Shown: positions 26,167-64,000 of the stretch, in pieces
Layout of the letters: each line of letters begins with the position of its first letter
Numbering within the stretch: the first letter of the stretch is position 1
Made by a program: the position numbers and the translations under genes
NCBI RefSeq assembly: GCF_964204645.1
Contig: NC_134025.1
Coordinates: forward strand, 12,462,001-12,526,000
Origin: Tubulanus polymorphus
Lineage: Eukaryota; Animalia; Nemertea
Length of the DNA: 64,000 nucleotides
Direction of reading: 5' to 3'
The notes under the pieces: generated by a model
Told to the model about the DNA's origin: nothing
What the model saw: only the letters and a program-made list of their open reading frames with translations
Database searches by the model: none

Positions 26167-26686
26167 ATAGATGCCCGCCAGTTGACCAGTTTTTTTCCAA
26201 ATAATAAATCACAGGCCATAATTAAATACCATACCAAACAATTGTACCAGAACACATTATAATACAACCTTATTCCCAGGGAGTTACGTGCACAAGATTT
26301 ACTACATGGAAGGATGCCTGGTCGGACTCTACTCCATTGGTGGCATAATCAACTGGTTTTACGTAGAATCAAACTTATACTAATTAAGATCTATATAACT
26401 AGGTCAAGAAGGCTACCGATTCAGGATTTCTCTGCTGGTGGGTTTCAGCCAGAATACACTCGGCCCCAGGATCCATTTCACAAACGACTTCCATTTCATG
26501 AAAATTTCATTAGAGATAATACCAATAGAATATGGACTAAAATATATCAGTCTGTATACATGTAGATGGTACATCATCAAAAAAATAAACCCGATATTTT
26601 CATTTTAAATGTCTTTTAATCATTTCTCGGAAAAATTTCATACATGTTATTAAAATGCACATTGATTCTGATGAGGATATGGTTTA

Positions 26687-43841
<17,155 letters not shown>

Positions 43842-43866
43842 TTTATAGGCCTATGTCTTACTAATG

Positions 43867-45999
43867 GAGTGAAGTCAATCTTAAGAATCAGCAGAACAAG
43901 CCCCGGGGCTTGTCACGCCATATCTGACATGGCGTCACAAGCCCCCGAGTAAAATGCAGACTATATATAATTCACGCGGAACGAAGATATATGTTCGCGT
44001 CGAACGGACCACGTTTTTAAGTCCGATACGACGCGTAAAACCTGAATGAGATAATTTCAAGTACCGGTATCAATGTGTAATAAATTTCTATTTTTTCTTA
44101 ACTTATTGTCTAAATATATACTTACTAAATATTGTCTAAATATATGTACTTATACGTTATTTTGAAGTATTCCGTTCAGTGCAACCACTTTGAAAGAAAA
44201 TTATATCCCGTTTTTACTTCATAACTATATTCAGATGCATATATATCGAAAGATTTGTATGTAAAATTCTACGAATATGTTTTTCACAGGTTTCCGTTAT
44301 GGCGCGAGACGATCAGGAGATCATCAGCTACATTTACATAAGCGATTTTTGTATATTTTTACATAGGAACAAAATAGAAACAACGATTTATAAACCTATT
44401 TCTAAGACTTAATGATTATTGTACTAATTTAAGATAATCAGTCACAATTATTCATTTATTTCTACGGAAAATGATCGGGTCCTCTCACGCCATGTAAATT
44501 GAAGCTATATTCTGTAGACCGTTTGGGGCCTGACACGCCATATAGAAGGCAAATCGCCATTTTTCTAGCAGTATTTGTTTTTTTTCTTAGACTTTATGAT
44601 TATGAACAATCTAATTGAAACTAAAGATATAATTAGTGACAATTAATTGCTTCCATAGAAAACTGATCGCGTACTCTCACGCCATATGGCGGTAGAACAC
44701 TTTGGGGCCTGACACGCCATGTAGAAGACAGCGTGGTTTTAGGAGCTTTTTGTAACAGTATTTGCTTTTTTTTCTAAGACTAAATAATTGACAAATCATA
44801 TAGAAGGATTAATCTTTGAACATTTAAGACAATTAGTGACAATTATTCATTTGTTTGTACGGAAAATCGTTCGGGTCTTCTCACGCCATGTCTCAATTGA
44901 AGCTATTCTGCAGACTGTTTGGGGCTTGACACGTCATGTAGAAGACAGCGTGATTTTAAGAGTTTTTTGAAACAATATTTGCCTTTTTTCTAAGTCTAAA
45001 TGATTAACAAACCATGTAGAATGATAAATCTTTGAATATTTATGATAATTAGTGACAATTATTCATTTGTTTGTACGGAAAATCGTTTGGGGCCTGACAC
45101 GCCATATTGGCTGCAGACCGTTTGGGGCCTGCCACGCCATGTAGAAGACACAATATTTGCTTTCTTTCTAAGTCTAAATGATTGTCAAACCATGTAGAAT
45201 GATAAATCTTTGAATATTTATGATAATTAGTGACAATTATTCATTTGTTTGTAGGAAAACTGATCGGGTCCTCTCACGCCATGTTTCAATTGAAGCTATT
45301 CTGCAGACCATTTGGGGCCTGACACGCCATATTGGTTGCAGAACATTCGGGGCTTGACACGCCATAGAAGACAAATCGCGGTTTTTCTAGCAGTATTTGT
45401 TTTGTTTTCTAACACTTTGTGATTATCAAATCATGAACAATATATAAACTAATTGACAACTAAAGATATGATTAGTGACAATTAATTGCTTCCATAGAAA
45501 ACCGATCGGGTCCTCTCACGCCATATTGGCTGCAGAACATTTGGGGCCTGACACGCCATGTAGAAGACAGCGTGATTTTAGGAGCTTTTTGTAACAGTAT
45601 TTGTTTTTTTCTAAGACTAAATGATTGACAAACCATATAGAATGATTAATCTTTGAACATTTATGTTAGTTAGTGACAATTATTCATTTGTTTCGGTAGA
45701 TTAACAAACAACAATCAATTTCTATTCTGTAAAACTCATTTTAGTGTAAATGCGATGTAATATGTAGTTCTTATTATGTATATATAATACGTTGTAAATC
45801 ATCTAAGACAAATTAATATCCAACCGAATATTTCAACTTCGGAAGAAAAACCCGCGAGACGTAGTCGACGTTTCATCTCCTGCATACGATTTGATTTTCA
45901 TTTTACGTTTACCACATGGCGTGTCAGGCCCCAATATGGCGTGACAAGCCTCGGGGCTTGTGACGCCATATGCAGCAGGTCTTAAGATTGCCCTAGATG
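43867..45999. mobile_element. 2.1-kb non-autonomous DNA transposon with 8-bp TSD and internal tandem repeats, 25 bp upstream of the ERCC2 ATG
   Basis: TSD TACTAATG at 43859-43866 and 46000-46007. Both ends have CAATCTTAAGA at the same 9-nt offset plus ACAAGCCCC..GGCTTGTCACGCCATAT. Internal units of about 200 bp contain GGGGCCTGACACGCCAT. Confidence 0.75.
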
Positions 46000-46007
46000 T
46001 ACTAATG

Positions 46008-46489
46008 ATTAACTTTCACCTAATAAGCCTAAGTACCACCGAGAACAATTCAAAACACACGCATAACGAAGCCCAACAGAAAAAATATCAAATTTCATCA
46101 AATCAACCCAAATTCCGATCAAGAATCAAACAGTAGCATACTGATTATCTTTGTTTATATCGGTTGGAATAAGGTATTGGGTTTCATTCTGTACAATCAC
46201 ACGTTTGCTTCAACGGTTTTATTTCTTAATTAGTACGACTGTATCGCTCCGAGAATTTTCAGTATCGTGTGGAGTAGGAAGTAATTTCTTTTACACAAGG
46301 TACAAGTTACAGTTAGGCTTATTAGTTTTTTTAAAAGAAACAATCGTTTCTAAATTGACAGGCTATGTTTTCACGACCCAGCTAGCTGTATTTTAAAGTT
46401 AGCGTCAATACAATATTCTTCAACACATTTTCGTATCAACGATATCTTCTTACTCGACTGAATTTCATGTCATTACTCATGACATTGAT
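46008..46489. promoter_or_regulatory. Probable shared bidirectional promoter / 5' UTR region of ERCC2 and PEX6
   Basis: The longest non-repetitive stretch between the two divergent start codons. Inferred from position only. Confidence 0.4.
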
Positions 46490-47974
46490 CAGTCAGGAAC
46501 ACTTTCCAAAAACGGCTTATTCTGCCAATTTCGGCGTTTTCCGCCAATAACGGCAGAATCAGCCGTTTATGGATCACTCAGTTTTGAAACTTTTACAGTC
46601 GTTTATGGCTTAATCAGCCAGTTTCAGCTCACTAAGTTTCGAGTTTTGCTTCAAAGTTTTTTGCGCACTTCCGGTCAAATTAGCGCATGTTGCCGATTAC
46701 GTCATAATCTCGAGCAGACGATAAGCTTTCATATGACGCTAGGATGGAAATTTTTGAGCTAGGTAAAGTGGTCAAATTCACGTTTTTCTAAATGATTACG
46801 TCATATGCAGCCCAAAAACTCCGGGAAAACTCTCAAAACTACTACAGCATGAAACAAGTTTATTAATCATGATTTTTGTTAAAAATAAATTTGGGAACTA
46901 GTTTTAAAAACTATTATAAAGTTTTCAATTAAACGTTGCCATGGGTACACATAAAAACATTCGCCATTTCTGGCGTATTCCGCCGTTTTTGGCGTAGTTA
47001 GTTTTATAATCATAAACTATTAAGCCATTATTGGCAGTCCACTTGTTATATATGAGGATTCCCCCACCCGCTTAGACGTTTTCCCTAGTGTCTACAGGGT
47101 ACTTTTTTTCGGAATAAAATAATTAATTTGCTGAGGTGAACGGATGTGTAAATATTATATGTTAAAAATAAAAATAAAATAATTATTATAATTATCATTC
47201 TCATAAGACAAATCAATCATGGATGTATAAACTAGTGTATCAAAAATCTAGTTTTAAGTTTTGCCCATGGTCTTATCTTGCCTAATAAAGCATAGAATGG
47301 TTGAGTGAATAAAGAATATTGGACTGCATATGATGTTGGTTGATTGAAGGTAATTATAACATCCTCGATGCCTCCCAGCTATTTGGACTTGTGATGGGTA
47401 GTGATTGAATGAATTGGTGGCCGATGACGTTACAACACTCAGAATCAATACAGCTGTATCTAGATTCATTTCAAAATAAAACAAACATTTTCGAAACAAT
47501 TTGGGATACATGTATGTATATATTTATTACATAGAATACAGGTATAAAGAAAGAACAGAATTCAAATACATTTGCCATCGGAAACCCCTACATTTATATT
47601 TAATTCTTTCTTGAAGCCTGGAATGGATCAATGAGATTAATTTTTCGGTGCAAATATACAAATGTATGCCAGCAGAAAAGCGATGATGTCATAATAGGGA
47701 CTCCCATCGAACTAAGCACTATAAATAGCACCTGTAAAACTATCTAAGCTAAAACGCCGTTTCTGGCGATGTAGTTTTAAAAACTGTAACAGCTGAAAAC
47801 GGCGGAAATGGCGTTTTTTAAGAACAAGCCAAAAATGGCAGAAAACGCCGATTTCGGCTAAATTGGCAGAAGCAGTTTAAAACTGAGTAATCCATAAATG
47901 GCTGATTCCGCCGTTATTGGCGGAAAACGCCGAAATTGGCAGAATAAGCCGTTTTTGGAAAGTGTTCCTGACTG
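46490..47974. mobile_element. 1.5-kb non-autonomous DNA transposon with about 100-bp TIRs and 5-bp TSD (hAT5-like)
   Basis: CAGTCAGGAACACTTTCCAAAAACGGCTTATTCTGCCAATTTCGGCG is inverted nearly perfectly at 47974. TTGAT lies on both sides (46485-46489 and 47975-47979). Confidence 0.85.
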
Positions 47975-48000
47975 TTGATTGAGCGTCAAGTCCCCGCCCC

Positions 48001-48318
48001 TGTCCTTGCTTGCCAGGAGGGGTTTGGTATCGCTCCCCAAACTCGCTTCCACCAGCCCCCTGGCCTCACGGCGGTGATTTCTTTACTCACGCTTTTAGGC
48101 ATGACGTCACATAGCGATTTGCGAAATACTACCTTTTTCGGTAAAACGTTCGCTGATTGGTCCAACAGAAGGCTAATGGTTGTTTGATGCAAGGTCTGTG
48201 ATTGGCCCGACTGATTCTGGTGGGCTAGTTACCCCTTGACTCTAACGACTCGTGAGGTCAAAGGGTTCGGAGAACAGCTTTAGCGTAGTGGGTTCGAATC
48301 CCTTGACGGGTGAAGATG
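48001..48318. mobile_element. Longer copy of the 25297-25560 element
   Basis: Shares ctcgcttccaccagccccctgg, ggtaaaacgttcgctgattggtcc and gaacagctttagcgtagtgggtt(c/t)gaatcccttgacgggtgaaga. CCGCCCC on both flanks. Confidence 0.7.
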
Positions 48319-48485
48319 CCGCCCCGTCCCGGAAATAAAAAACACGACCCACGCCCATCGCCAAACCCCTCTGCCCATACCCAACTTTAGTTCACTGTCC
48401 TTCATTCCTATAATTTCATTTTCATTATGATCGGAACACACCATAGCATGGTTAATTATTTTTCATGATTTTGTAGTATCTCAAG

Positions 48486-63977
<15,492 letters not shown>

Positions 63978-64000
63978 TACAGATAGGAACAATACAGGAG

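Noticed and set aside
43881-45985. TTAA-flanked piggyBac/Kolobok interpretation of the 2.1-kb element
   Set aside because: The TTAA sites lie inside the inverted CAATCTTAAGA motif. The exact 8-bp duplication further out at symmetric offsets defines the ends better.

Overview
AT-rich, intron-rich animal genomic DNA, probably a marine invertebrate (inferred from gene structure and repeat types). Three conserved spliced genes were reconstructed by hand from GT-AG sites and reading-frame continuity. They are the 3' part of a BUB1/MadBub checkpoint kinase (+, 10 exons, 1-24029), a complete ERCC2/XPD helicase (-, 21 exons, 760 aa, 26687-43841) and a PEX6 AAA ATPase (+, 20 exons, about 931 aa, 48486-63977) arranged head-to-head with ERCC2. 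The 12.8-kb last intron of BUB1 holds an intact antisense 697-aa ORF with no domain I recognise, a candidate nested orphan gene. Introns and the ERCC2-PEX6 spacer are full of non-autonomous elements: Helentron/DINE-like repeats with 155-bp tandem cores, nested insertions, a solo LTR, several MITE types, a 30-bp minisatellite and a near-perfect 311-bp palindrome carrying two Penelope-type hammerhead ribozyme motifs. A 2.1-kb element with an 8-bp TSD sits only 25 bp upstream of the ERCC2 ATG and may be removed by splicing. No database searches were run; all family calls rest on recalled motifs and visible structure.
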